Shown here piece after piece: positions 1-11,684 of a DNA stretch of 64,000 nt; the stretch's first letter is position 1; each line of letters opens with the position of its first letter. Source of the DNA: Cladosporium halotolerans (lineage: Eukaryota). The notes under the pieces were generated by a model. That model worked only from the letters and a program-made list of their open reading frames with translations. It was not told where the DNA came from and made no database searches. The stretch spans positions 1,116,001 to 1,180,000 of the forward strand of contig NW_027191452.1 of the NCBI RefSeq assembly GCF_011745625.1, given 5' to 3'. The position numbers and the translations under genes were made by a program.

Positions 1-670
1 CACGATCTTCGCCATCGCCTCGTTCCCGCCCATCTGGTTCATCGAGAAGCTCGGCCGCCGCCCCATGATGTTCTGGTGCGCGCTGGGCTGCGGCGTCAGC
101 ATGATCATCTACGTCGGCCTGACCACCGTCGCGAACCCCACCACCGCCACCAACTGGGCCGCCGTCGCCTTCATCATCCTCTACAACGTCGTCTTCGCCT
201 TCGGCTGGCTCGGCACCTGCTGGATCTACGGTACGCTCTCCCTCCCAACCACCCCACCCCCCAAACCCTCAAATCTAACGCATCCCTTTCCAGGCCCCGA
301 AATCGCCCCCCTCCGCTACCGCCACGTCGCCGGCAGCCTCGGCGCGGCCGGCGAATGGTTCTCGACCTGGGTCATGGTCTTCGGCGGCGGCACTGGCATC
401 GCGGCCGTCGGCCCCAAGATCTTCATCTGGCCGCTGGTCTGCTGTTTCCTCGCGGCCGCCTACGTCTGGTACTACTGCCCCGAGACGACGGGCCGCACGC
501 TCGAGGAGATCGACGTGCTGTTCGCGAAGCCGGGCCCGCACCGCGAGGCGCTGGAGCGCGCGGCGGCGGAGAGCGCGAGCAGGCGCGGCTCGGTGAATAG
601 TGGGAGAGGAGTGTTTGAGAAGGCGGGCGCGGAGCAAATTGAGACGAAGCGGGAAAAAGAGGTGTTGTAG
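1..670 (+). CDS. MFS sugar transporter, 3' part (5' end outside window); intron 231-293
   Basis: Sugar-porter motifs 'IEKLGRR', 'WIYGPEI.PLRYR' (restored by splicing GTACGC..CTAAC..CAG) and 'PETTGRTLEEID'; several hydrophobic helices. Confidence 0.9.
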   Translation, partial: TIFAIASFPPIWFIEKLGRRPMMFWCALGCGVSMIIYVGLTTVANPTTATNWAAVAFIILYNVVFAFGWLGTCWIYGTLSLPTTPPPKPSNLTHPFPGPEIAPLRYRHVAGSLGAAGEWFSTWVMVFGGGTGIAAVGPKIFIWPLVCCFLAAAYVWYYCPETTGRTLEEIDVLFAKPGPHREALERAAAESASRRGSVNSGRGVFEKAGAEQIETKREKEVL

Positions 671-1139
671 ATGGTGGGGATGGAGAAGGTTGGATGGGAG
701 AAGTGACAGCTTGGCTTGAGAGACTTTGGACGAGCTACTGTCAATGTGAACATATTGCCAACGCAGATGTGTTCAAGTGATTGTCCAGTCTAATGTCGCC
801 CTGTTGTTAGCTGATGTGCGGTTGGAGTTTTGAGAGATGTGTGTAGTCGACCACAGTGTCTATGACCGATTGAATCCGTTGAGGCCAGAAGTAAACTTTA
901 GTGAGCCCGCAACTACAGGACACCTTCGCCCGCGTGAGAAGTCGCATCCTTTCAAAAAGCAACACAAAAGGCAGCCAAAACACAGGCAGAGTAGCGACAT
1001 CGCTTTAATCTTCTTTTCCTTTTTCTTGTTCTCAATTTGTCGTACATGCTAAATGATACACTCATATTCCAGCCCCTCCTCATACGACTTCTTACACCCG
1101 AAACGCCCCAACTCCATTCCCATATCCTCTGCTGAGCTT

Positions 1140-2185
1140 TTACTCTTCAGCAACCCAGCCGTACGCAAGACCAGTCAACAGACCCGCACCAGCCCACAGA
1201 GCAGACCAGCCGAGCGCGCCAACATACTCCGTCCCCTCGATCGTGCCGAACACGCGCACGAGCGTGTTGACAAACGAGCTCAGGACCAAGATCACAGTCC
1301 GCTTGGCCAGGACGCGCGTGCGCGCGCTGAAGCCATCCGCGCCGAAGCCAAGGTTGTACGCGAGGGTCTGGCCGAGCGTGGCGGTCTCGGAGTCGAACTT
1401 CGGCGGCGCGGCGACGGCGTCGAAGGCGCGGAGCAGGCGGTTCGAGGCCGCGACGGCGGGGACGAAGAGGAAGCGCGTGGTCGCGAGGCCGGCGGGCGCG
1501 GCGAGCAGGACCTGCAGCGGCAGGTTCTCGTCGCGCGGCTGGTGCAGGGCGCGCAGGTTGTCGAAGTGCGTCACCATGTAGACGGGGAGCCAGGTGTAGG
1601 CGGAGGTGTAGAGGGTGACGGCGTAGATGGCGGCGCCGAAGACGGTGACGAGGCTCAGGACTTGCCAGTCGCGGACGATCTCGCGCGAGGCGGCTTTGGT
1701 CAGTTTGGCGTCGGTGGGGGAGGCGGAGGCCTGGGTGAAGAGCGCGAAGGGGAGGGCGACGCTGAGGAGGTCCGTCGCGAGCGCGGGCAGGACGGCGTAG
1801 TCGTGCGCGGTGTAGAAGGCATTGAGGAGGTAGTAGAATGGCAAGTTGCTAAGGAGCGTGAGAGCGGTGAGGTCGAGCCCTAGACGGTGTCAGTTGCAAT
1901 GACCAAGCAGTGCGCGCATGTTTCGCGTTTCTCCCGCTTACAGTTGTAGCCAGAAAAGAAGGCGATGAGCAGCGAGACGACCTTCCACGCGACGACGGCG
2001 GCTACCTGCCAGTCGTCGGTCAAGTCGCGACTGACGGCGGCGAGCTCGAGACCAGTGAGGTCGGCCAGGGCGCTGTAGGCGAATGCGCTGATAGCCAAGC
2101 TCGAGACGACAACGAGCGGCAGACGCAGCAGCGAGGGCAGCCTCGAGGGCGACGGCACGGGCAGCTGTGCCTCAGTGGGCTCCAT
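1140..2185 (-). CDS. Multi-pass membrane protein of unknown function; intron 1880-1941; alternative start at 2284
   Basis: ORFs 1880-2515 and 1140-1844 join in frame through GTAAGC..CTGAC..TAG (GYN/WLDLTAL); high GC3; several TM segments. Confidence 0.8.
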
Positions 2186-2897
2186 GGCAGCAGAGGCGGG
2201 ATCTGTGGCAAAGTCGCGAGTCTTGACCTCAGAGCTGAACTGGTCGTCGGGGCGCACAGCAAGGAAAGGAACGTGGGAAGCCATTTCAGACTGCAGAAAG
2301 TGGATTTGCGCGTCGTCGCGTTTGCGCTGCGGGATGGAAGAAAGAAGCCCGCTCCGTTTCCCAGGTGACCGCCCTGACGTCACGCTTTTTGCCTGACTCG
2401 CCTCGCCTGCTGGAACCTCGATTTTCCATTCACGGCACGAGTAATTCGGTAGGCTATACCTTATGTAATTGATCACAAAGGTGCACTTGGCACCTCTATT
2501 GAAGTACGCGACCATGCTGTGCTGAGTAAAAGATTGTGACCTGAATATTTATTTTTGGAGACGCGCGCCGGAGGTCACATCTTGACAGGAAGCAATTTTC
2601 ATGAAACGAGCATCCTTGAAAAGTGAAAGACTGCAATTTCGCATAGAAGCAGATTGGTATTCTTTTGAAAGCTAGGCGTGAAGGTCGCGGCGGACGCCAG
2701 ACACCAGAAGAAAATTCCCTAATAAAGAAGACGTGATATCCCGGAGCAAACCCTCGTTTGCTTATTTTTCTGTTTTCAACATGCATGTCCCGATAATCCA
2801 ATACGTTGTCCAGCCTCCGGGGCATTGGACGCCTCTACGGGGCGATTCTCTCGGAACTTCTGATGGTCCATTGAGCGGAACAAAACTCTACGCTACC

Positions 2898-4987
2898 TTA
2901 GGTGTAGTCGTTGTTTCGCCTTTCGGGCCTTGACCTGCGCCCGACACTCTTCATGCGACTGAGGAAGCCACCACCCGAGGGCTTCTCGCCTTCGTTGCTG
3001 CCAGGGCGTGTGCCGTCTGCTGTGATGCTCCTAGTCAAACCCCTGCCCGGACCAGCCGCTGAGCTGGAAGATAGGTTGCGTCCTGCAGAGGGGCGCTCTT
3101 GCTCCGCAATCCTGATCTGGGATCCCTTTCGCGCGTAAGCGCTCTCGTAGTCATTCTCAAACGGATTGATTTCATTCTCCTTGGAATAGTTCATTTGTGC
3201 GCGTATGGGTCCGCCAGCTGAGATTGACTTGCTGGGTGGAGGGCTCGTCTCGATGGCGTTGTCATTGCTACTGCTGGGCTGGTGGTATCGTGCGTCTGGA
3301 GTGCGACCCTCACTGTTGGGCCCACGGCGGTTGTTGGACATGCCGCGGAATCGCTGGGCAAGAGACTTCTTGCGGGTAAGACCTCCGCCAGCGAGAGCTG
3401 CCCCTTTCTCTTCAGAGTCACGACGTGTTATGTCGCGCTTGCTTGCAGGTGCACCGTCCAAGAAGGTAGAAGTGCCGAGTCCGGTAGACTCAGCACCGTG
3501 GACGTAGTCGCCACGTCGTGTGGGATCAATGATATTAGGCTCTGTCTTGCGCGTGCTGGCAAAAGCGTCAAAAGCCTCTTCGCCACGGCCGTGGAATCGG
3601 TCAAGATCGATGCGCGAGTTCAATGGGCCTGCACCGCCGAGAGCCATATTGGCTGAGTTGGCAGGGAACGCTTCCATAGGTGCGCGGCGATCCTTTTTGA
3701 CGTTACGGTGGGGGTTGCAGGCATCGAAAGGTCCATCATGGTGAAATACTGCGATCGTCTTGTCAGCAATGTACAAACGAAAAATATGGAAGCATTCACA
3801 TACGTCCTTGGCCGTAGATTCCAGTGACATCCAGTTTGTCAATGATGTCAAGCCCTTGAGGCTTGCGCGAGCGGCCGCCACTCCTGATCTTCTCCTTCTC
3901 ACGTTTGTGGCGGTCTTCGCGCTCTTTCCGTCTCTCACGTCTCCTGCGCTCTTCAGATTCGGTGCGAGGCGGGCGCTCGCTTCGTTCGCGATCCCGGCGA
4001 CCTTCGCGTTCCTGGCTGTTCATGACTGAGGATGCTGACAAGCCTCGAGGGCGCGGTGCCGGGGCGCGGTTGCTCGAGTCGAAACCCATAGGTGGTAGTT
4101 GACCACGGTTCCTGTCGTTGCGCTGCTCGAACCCGGATGGGCGTGGTGCGTTCACAGGTGGCGCGGCTGATCGTGGTGGAGGGACTCGTGGGGCCACGCG
4201 GGCAGGCGCTGTCTCTGCAGATTGGTTAGTCAATGATGATTCTGATGGTCACTGGAGTACACGAACCATTCGCAGGAGCGTCAAGGAGTGACATTTCGCT
4301 CTGTTGGAAGTTTCAGTCAGCAAAATGATCGCGGATTCATGGGGACCGCTCCGTCGTCATTATGTATGGTTTGCTGAGCAGTCTACCTGACACGAATGTG
4401 ATGTTCCAGACCCCAGAAGGTGCTTTGGGGTAACATGTGACACGCCTCGCGTCGCGCCAGCACAAACGAAGGGATGTGGGGGTTCCATGTGCAAACACCT
4501 GCTACTCCACTGCAGCCGGGATACACTTACAAAGATATCTGCGGTCAAGCCATTGACCTCTTTACTCGCAGGAGCCGGGGGAAACTCGCTGACGTCGAGG
4601 AAGGGATTTCTGGACATCCTGTTGTTGGCGGTGTCAAAGCTCCTCGGCGAGCTGCTGGTCAAGCCGGGAGACGCGGCGCGGTTGCGGAAGGGGTTGTTGG
4701 AACCGAAGTTGACAGATAGGGTCGCGTTCTCGCGGGCGGCGGTGTTTGGCGAGGGGCGCCGGGGCTCTATACAAGCGGAAGCAATGGGTCAGCGTATGAT
4801 GAACGCGCAGGGCGGACAGTGTATCGAAGGCGCAGAGGAGGGCGGCATTGGGCAGCGACAGCGATTGTTGCGCGGGATCGGCAGGCGTGAAACAGGAGGC
4901 AGCGCCTGCTCGCGCGTCTTCACGGGGAATGCGCAGGGGTGTGGACGAGGCGGCTGGAGGGAGCATACCGGGCACGACGGCGGCCAT
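2898..4987 (-). CDS. PAL1: Pal1 cell morphology protein; introns 4767-4968, 4301-4530, 4215-4266, 3749-3803
   Basis: Pal1 core 'DIIDKLDVTGIYGQGLFHHDGPFDACNPHRN..APMEAF'; NPF motifs; all splice junctions keep the frame. Confidence 0.85.
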
Positions 4988-6207
4988 TTTGCGAGAGCTT
5001 TCTCCCAGTGGACGTGTGGGCGCTCGCTGGAGACGGCTCTACGAGTCGTTGGAGTGGTGCGGAAGTGCGGTGTCTGCTGGCGAGCGGGGAGACGGCGGCG
5101 GTGGCAGAGGGGAGGATGATTGGCAGAGGCGGCTGCCAGGGTCAGGGCGCGGCAGGGCAGGAGGCTGCGGCCCTGCTTGCTTGCTTGTCGGCTCGTCGGG
5201 AGGGATGATGCGCAGTGCACTTCACGCCGCGACGGTCGAGAGTGCGAAGCGCGTGTTGGGTAGCAGGAGGATGCGTGTGCGGTATCGAGAGTAGGCAGAG
5301 GCAGGAGAGCAGTCTCGGGCTCAGGAACAGGAGAAGAGCAACAACAGCAGTCCCGCACCGCACGCCGACCAGACGCCCACGGCCTGCGTGACCCGCGCAC
5401 AATTAGCTTTCGCCTCGCGCCAACTCTGTCCCCAGGCTCACGTCCTGCAGGTCACGAGTTCTGCCGACGCGGCGCCCGCCCGGAGCCTGCGCTTGGCGCC
5501 CTCCTGCGCTCGCGCGCCAGACAGAGATGGCACTGTGGACAGCCCCTCATTTGGCGCCTGGCCACCGCCGCCTGCTGCTCGGCTGTACGGCTACGGCTCA
5601 CCTCGCGCCCGTGTCCGCTGCGGTTGAGCGAGCGTACCTGACGGAACACACGCAAAACGCTTGCGCATTACGAGCACTGGACAGCCAGGACGTGGTACCT
5701 CACCTCCAACTGGGGCCGACACGACAACGCCGCGGCGCAGGTACGAAGACGGCCACGTTCCGCAGCGGCACTAAAATACCCCAAACTTTCCACCGCGCGT
5801 ATGGTGGCCGTACACCGCGCGTGTGAGTCTGACTCTGAGAGATACTTCCCCTTGAGCCACACGCTTCGGCATCTCACGCCTCCGCCGAACCCGTGGCACG
5901 CACAATCCGTGCTCTTCGGCCTCGAACGCTCGGCTACCGACGACGGTGCGGAGCGCATGCGTCCCCTGCGCCGCCACCTCTTCATCTCACTCGCACGTTT
6001 TTCGATCCTCTTAGATCCTGCGTGTGGAGACCCCTTCGACTCGCTCCTGAGTGCGCTTACCGCTTCCGACCCTAAGCCGCGGCACGAGTCCCCTTAGTCC
6101 TCTCAGGGACGCGTAGATCCTCTTCAGGATCGCTGCATCGACTTCGTTGCCACATCTCCGCCCCGGAGGACGCTGCTCGTGCTGCGGCATCAGCGAGCTT
6201 GTGCACC

Positions 6208-6682
6208 ATGGCGGAGTCCAGAACCAATGGCACGGGTGCCGGCAAAACGGAATGGTACGCGGGCGCATCGCGCTTCGAATTGGAGCTGGAGGTATGTCGC
6301 GCTGTCATTTATCCAGAAGCCTTACCGGGCCGCCGCTGACCTTGCTTAGTTCGTACAATCCCTGTCTAACCCCTACTATCTACACCACCTTTGCGTCCAG
6401 AAGTTCTTCGAAGATGACTCCTTCGTGGAGTGGTGCAAGTATCTCAAGTACTTCGCCGAGCCCAAATACCTCCCCTTCCTGTCGTACGTGGCGTCTCCCC
6501 CCTTGTGGAGAAGCTTATTTGCGCCTCTCCAAGCTAACGAGAATTTAAGGTATCCGGGTCCAACGCTCAAAGCTTTGGACCTCGTCCAGCAAGAGCAGTT
6601 TCGGAAAGACATCCTGAGGCCAGATGTGGTCGAGCGCTTAACCAATGATTGGATGACCGCCTTCACGGAGAAGAAGGAGTGA
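6208..6682 (+). CDS. SOH1: Mediator subunit 31; introns 6292-6349, 6484-6549
   Basis: Spliced product 'RFELELEFVQSLSNPYYLHHL...YLKYFAEPKYLPFLSYPGPTLKALDL.QQEQFR' is the MED31 signature. Confidence 0.93.
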
Positions 6683-6728
6683 TGGCGAGGGTGGCTTTAA
6701 CGCACGCCATGAACGTCGGAACTTGCGC

Positions 6729-7187
6729 TCACCAAAGCGGTGTTCCACGTCGACAATGTTGACAGGCTCGGGCAGCATTGTTCTTGCATCGTCCGTCGCT
6801 CAAGACTTCACAAACCGCATGCAGGCCGTCGAAGCCTTCCCCATATGCATCACCGCATTTATCCCACATTTTCAAATGTCAAGCGCCGGGCCTTTCTGTA
6901 GGCTTGCAATGGCCGACGGAGAATCATTGCCTAGCACATGTAACGCCTTCAGTCGTGCACGACGTCGGCTCCCAGCCCGGCATTTCCGATCGCAAGTTAT
7001 TCTCTGCCGCCCGGATCAACCCAACGATTTGCGCAGATCTCCTTCGGACGACGTTCACATCTTCAGGGTCGTGAAGCGCCAACGCCTTGTCAGATCTTCG
7101 ATCGATCCGATCCGTTCGGACATTCGGCAGGATGGGAGCTGTGTGAAGTGGAAGCGCGAGAAGTATGGTCAGGATTAAGCCCATCAT
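6729..7187 (-). pseudogene. Possible decayed small secreted Cys-containing protein
   Basis: Signal-peptide-like start (MMGLILTILLALPLHTAPI); the same frame continues past two TGA codons into a Cys-rich tail. Confidence 0.3.
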
Positions 7188-8148
7188 TGGTGTCCAGCAG
7201 TGCATTGCGTTCAATATGCAGGTTCGGTCTATTTGGCTGCACTGTTTTCCGAGAAATCATCAGCGCCTAATAGTCATCTACATAGCAGCTTTCGAGAACC
7301 GGCGATCAACTCGTTGTGGCTTGAATGGACCAGAAAGTTCTAGTGGCCGCAAGCGCAATACACACGTTGACCTAGTGTCATTGAGATCTACATCAATTTG
7401 CAGGATCAACGGATCTTTCTAACGACGGCTAGCATTAGTGATCTAATTGATTTTCATTCCCTGGATTTCTATTTCTGACAACATTTTCATTGCCCTCTGA
7501 TATGCCAGCGTTATCTCCTGGAATATATTGATATTTTGATTGTTAGAGCTTGCGGCAGTTGGTTTGCACAGCGCTGAGAGTGAGGAGTCTGGGAGGATGC
7601 TCAATCATGTCGAGAAGGAAACGGTTGAAGTGGCATAGTCTCACATCAACATACATGTCGACTCAAATTCCCAATTTGAGGACGTCTTCTACAGGCCTTC
7701 GGTCAATTCATACATGCCATGCCAGGGTTTTTATGATTTCGGAGATCTCGCATGGCATGAGCGAACGAGAGGCGTGCCGAATTCGGCGGCCTCTTGCCTA
7801 TGTAGGAAATTTTTTTCGGTGAGTTTCGCAGCGACGCAGCATTCTTCGTAATTTGCTTGGCTAGTTTGGTTCATGCCATGCGTGTGTATGCCGTACAGTA
7901 TGGTTCGGATACCTCGGACTAGAATGCGAGATTTCTGCAGGTCTGGCTGTGACGTCGCGTCAGGGTCCGCAATCAGGGCGGAGCTGGGCTGAACTCCACG
8001 TGGACTGGGTGGGATGCGTTGGCCGGCGCTTGAACTGTCCTATCTTCACATATATTGCCATGTAGCTACCACATCACCCTTCCCGGTCGCCCGTGACCGG
8101 GACTGAGCATTCGACTACCAACGGAATCCACTCTGAGACCTGATTGCT

Positions 8149-10368
8149 ATGGATTCTAAGCAACAGCCAAGTCGGGGCAGACAAGCCCCACCATTGCCGC
8201 CCAGACAGCCCTCCACGACCTCACCCTACCCAACCGACGCTCCTCCCTCCTACGACTCAGTCGCCTCGAAAGTCTACGGCGACGATTGGACCGCGCAAAA
8301 TGACCCTCGCTCCTCTTCTACGCAATCGCTCACACCCTCCGACAGCAACAATGCAGACGAGCTCCAGCACCAACCGCACCCTGAGCGGCGCCGGAAGCTC
8401 CTGTGCATCTACGTACACGGCTTCATGGGCAACGAGACCTCCTTCCGCTCCTTCCCCGCACACGTACACAACCTGCTCTCAGTGCTCCTCTCCGACTCCC
8501 ACGCCGTCCACACGAAGATCTACCCGCGCTACCGCTCGCGCCGCAACATCGCCTGCGCGCGCGACGACTTCAGCAGATGGCTGACGCCGCACGAGGGCGA
8601 GAACACCGACGTCGTGCTCTTGGGCCACAGCATGGGAGGCCTGGTGTGCGCAGAGGTGGCTCTCATGCCCTCCACCAGCGGCAACAGGCCGTTGCAACAC
8701 AGGATCGTCGGCACGGTGAACTTCGACGTGCCCTTCCTCGGCATGCACCCGGGCGTTGTGAAGAGCGGGCTGTCGAGCATATTCTCCGCGCCGGCAGAAG
8801 AACCTGCGGACAAGTGGGATGCTACGCAGCTGGGGGGCGGTCCTGGCGGTGAAGGAGCGGCCGACGGCCCGCGAGAAAACTCACCTGCTCCTTCGGACGG
8901 CCTCTGGCGCCCGGAAAGTACGGACCCGAACTTCAACCCCTCGTTCCAGAACGACGTTGTCTTGCCGGTGCGAGAGGGGTGGCGCAATGCGTGGCATTTT
9001 GTGTCGAAGCACTCGGATAACCTGGGCAAGGCGACGAAGCAGCTTGTGACTTCGCACTTGGAGTTCGGCGGCGCTATGGCGAACTATGGAGAGCTCAAGG
9101 CAAGGTATGCTCGGATCAGAGCACTCGAAGAAGAAAGCGAGGAGGTGAGGAAGAGTGTCGTTCAAGGCGGCAAGCCGCCGAGGGTTCGCTTTGTGAATTA
9201 CTACACTGCAAGCACTGGGAGACCCAAAAAGCCGAAAGACCCACAAGAGGGATTGCCAGATGGCGTGGGCAGCTCGGCCAGTCTCGACGTCGTTGAGAAT
9301 GACGCCTCAAGAGGCCGATCAGTAGGCAGCACGCGATCGGTCAGCCCCAGTATTACTCTTGAGGAGCATGATGATGGCGGCCGAGTGGAAGTCAAGACGC
9401 CAGAAATGCCTTCCGAGGATGAGTATATCACCCCTTCACCAGAGATGCGCCATGTAGATCCTTCGCCGGCTAGCGACCAAAGGGACTCTGAGCCAGAGCC
9501 GGAAGCCGAGCCGGAAGCCCTCTCTCGCGCCTCGACATCGGCTGCATCGACGGCCTCGCTTCCTCCCATCCCAGATCCACCAGTCGCTCCGGCTCCGCTT
9601 GACGTCAGCTACATTGAAGACAAGCAGACGCGCAAACTTGTCGAAAAGGAACACTCTCGCGCTGTCAAAGCATACGAGCAAGCCGTCAAAGAGCGAGAGC
9701 GTGTCATACGCGATCGTGCGAAGTTGGTGGAGAAGCGAGAGCGCAAGGCTGAGAAAGAGACTTTAAAAGCTGGAAAGGCAACCCTGAAGGCAGAGAAGGA
9801 TGCGCAAAAGGCGCGTTTGAAGGCCGAAAAGGAGGACGGGAAGGAGGTCAAGAAGATGGCCAAAGCCGAGGAGAACAGGGAGCTCACTCATTCTGAAAAG
9901 GAGGAGTTGCGCTTGAAGCAAGAGCGGGAGAGAATGGAGAGAGAAGGCAGGCGTTTGAGAGGTGAGCCGGAGCCGGAGTCTCAGCCAGAGGAGCCAACGT
10001 CTCAGCGGAAAGAGGAGGAAAGCCCAGTCTCCTCACCCGAAGCATCGCCGCCACCAACTATCGCGGCACCCTCCGGTATGCCACCCACATCTCGAAAGTC
10101 TTCCGACCCTGCGGATCAGAACAAGAAGCCGCCCAAAGACCGCAAGTTCTGTACCTTGCCACCGAAAGATTCTCAAGGACAGCGTGACCCATGCTGGCCA
10201 AGGGTCTTCATGAAGGATGTCGACGAGGTTGGCGCTCATTGCGGGCTGTTCTTTGTCGACGAGCGTTACGAAAGGTTGGTTGGGGACGTTGCTGAACGGA
10301 TCGAGGGCTGGGTCAAGGAGGGGAGCGGCCTCGAGACTGGATTGGAGAGGATGGGGTTGAAGTCTTAG
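8149..10368 (+). CDS. DUF676-like alpha/beta serine hydrolase with charged coiled-coil C-terminus
   Basis: 'YVHGFMG' oxyanion motif, 'GHSMGG' nucleophile elbow, 'FDVPFLG', C-terminal 'DEVGAHCGLF'; 739-aa intronless ORF. Confidence 0.85.
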   Translation: MDSKQQPSRGRQAPPLPPRQPSTTSPYPTDAPPSYDSVASKVYGDDWTAQNDPRSSSTQSLTPSDSNNADELQHQPHPERRRKLLCIYVHGFMGNETSFRSFPAHVHNLLSVLLSDSHAVHTKIYPRYRSRRNIACARDDFSRWLTPHEGENTDVVLLGHSMGGLVCAEVALMPSTSGNRPLQHRIVGTVNFDVPFLGMHPGVVKSGLSSIFSAPAEEPADKWDATQLGGGPGGEGAADGPRENSPAPSDGLWRPESTDPNFNPSFQNDVVLPVREGWRNAWHFVSKHSDNLGKATKQLVTSHLEFGGAMANYGELKARYARIRALEEESEEVRKSVVQGGKPPRVRFVNYYTASTGRPKKPKDPQEGLPDGVGSSASLDVVENDASRGRSVGSTRSVSPSITLEEHDDGGRVEVKTPEMPSEDEYITPSPEMRHVDPSPASDQRDSEPEPEAEPEALSRASTSAASTASLPPIPDPPVAPAPLDVSYIEDKQTRKLVEKEHSRAVKAYEQAVKERERVIRDRAKLVEKRERKAEKETLKAGKATLKAEKDAQKARLKAEKEDGKEVKKMAKAEENRELTHSEKEELRLKQERERMEREGRRLRGEPEPESQPEEPTSQRKEEESPVSSPEASPPPTIAAPSGMPPTSRKSSDPADQNKKPPKDRKFCTLPPKDSQGQRDPCWPRVFMKDVDEVGAHCGLFFVDERYERLVGDVAERIEGWVKEGSGLETGLERMGLKS

Positions 10369-10550
10369 GAGATGTGTTTCATGCGTGCATCGTATCCTGC
10401 CTTTGAACGATACCCGACATGCGATACAGGCTGGCTGGCCGGTCTGCTGACGAATGTTTGAGCGAGTTTCCTTGTACATTTGATAATTCTACATTCGCTA
10501 AATCATGGGTATCATGCGCTTTCACAGCAAAAGAAGTCGCCAACATGGAG

Positions 10551-11345
10551 CTACTCGAAGAAGCCTCCGTCACTCTCGTCGCCGCTCTCGTTGGCAGCCA
10601 TCTCTTCGGCCTTCCGTTTCCCGTTCTTCTCGGTTTGCTTCTTCGGTTTCGCTTCATCCACTGCAGCATCTTCCGTGATCTTGTAATTTCCTTCTTTGTC
10701 CAGCTTGCCATTCCTCAAGGCGTCCAACTTCCCACTTTGCGCACACTTTCTGAGCAAGTCTCTCATTTCTTGATCGCCTTGCCTCTTCACCTCGGTCGAT
10801 TTGCCATCCTCATCGCTTCCCTCGACTTTTTTCGCGCTCGGGTACAACGCAACATAGGGCACGTCCAGTGGATAGAACATCGCATACTGCACATCGAGCT
10901 CGCACTCATCCACCTCCCTCGCTAACTCCTCCCTCTCGCCCGCATCCTCCTCAACTTCCTTCATCGCCTTCTTCGCCCTCTTCAGCCTCTTAGTAGCCTT
11001 CTGCCGGTCAAAGAATCGAACCTTGTGATACCTCGCAATCATCTTACTCCTCTTCTCTGCCGTCTGCGACTCCACGAGCTCTTGCTGCGCGCTCGCCAGT
11101 TCGCGCTCTTTGGCGATCCTGACCTTGGGTGGCAGCGGCTTCTTGCCTTCGCTCTCTTCGCCGTCACGCTCGAGCAGCCTCCGCAGATTGCGAATGCTGG
11201 TCTTCAGTTCATTGACCGGTCGTGCCTTTTTGAAGGACTTGCTGCCGCTGAGGTTGTTGGGTTTCTGCCGTTTGCGCGGCGGGTCGCGGGGAACCTGGGT
11301 TTGGCGCGAAGGGTGGATGTCTGGCGCGGGGCGTTTTGAGGCCAT
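10551..11345 (-). CDS. EFG1: rRNA-processing protein Efg1
   Basis: 'KMIARYHKVRFFDRQKATKRLK' and 'YAMFYPLDVPYVALYP'; acidic FFE C-terminus. Confidence 0.9.
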   Translation of the reverse strand: MASKRPAPDIHPSRQTQVPRDPPRKRQKPNNLSGSKSFKKARPVNELKTSIRNLRRLLERDGEESEGKKPLPPKVRIAKERELASAQQELVESQTAEKRSKMIARYHKVRFFDRQKATKRLKRAKKAMKEVEEDAGEREELAREVDECELDVQYAMFYPLDVPYVALYPSAKKVEGSDEDGKSTEVKRQGDQEMRDLLRKCAQSGKLDALRNGKLDKEGNYKITEDAAVDEAKPKKQTEKNGKRKAEEMAANESGDESDGGFFE

Positions 11346-11684
11346 GGTCGTGAATTCTTTGCCTTTTGGCCTGACTCGAGATATCGCAGGCTTTTTAGCA
11401 AGGGCAGAATGGCAAGTTGCACTTTTTGCTCAAGCGAATCTGAGATTCCTGGGAAGGCTTCTCGAACCGTACCTTAACTTTTTGAAGGGCCGGCTGGGCT
11501 TGCAGGGCCCCGAGACGCGCTAACCCGGATTGGCCAAGCTTGCTCACTTCACATCTCTTCCCACCGTCTCGTCGGCTCGTCGCGTCGCCATTAACAGGCA
11601 TTGAATTCTGCATCATGATTCCTTGAGCGGCCGGAGTCGCTATGCTTGTAGCACTTATCGAACCATCAGAGAAACAGTCCGTCA

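Noticed and set aside
4301..4530. snoRNA inside the long Pal1 intron
   Set aside because: Only a degenerate C-box-like word; the CTGA coincides with the branch point; no terminal stem or recognisable guide.
5700..6150. Possible structured RNA (GATCCTCTT repeats, CTGAAGA...CGAAA hammerhead-like or SRP-like words) between Pal1 and MED31
   Set aside because: The required stems and conserved boxes could not be assembled.
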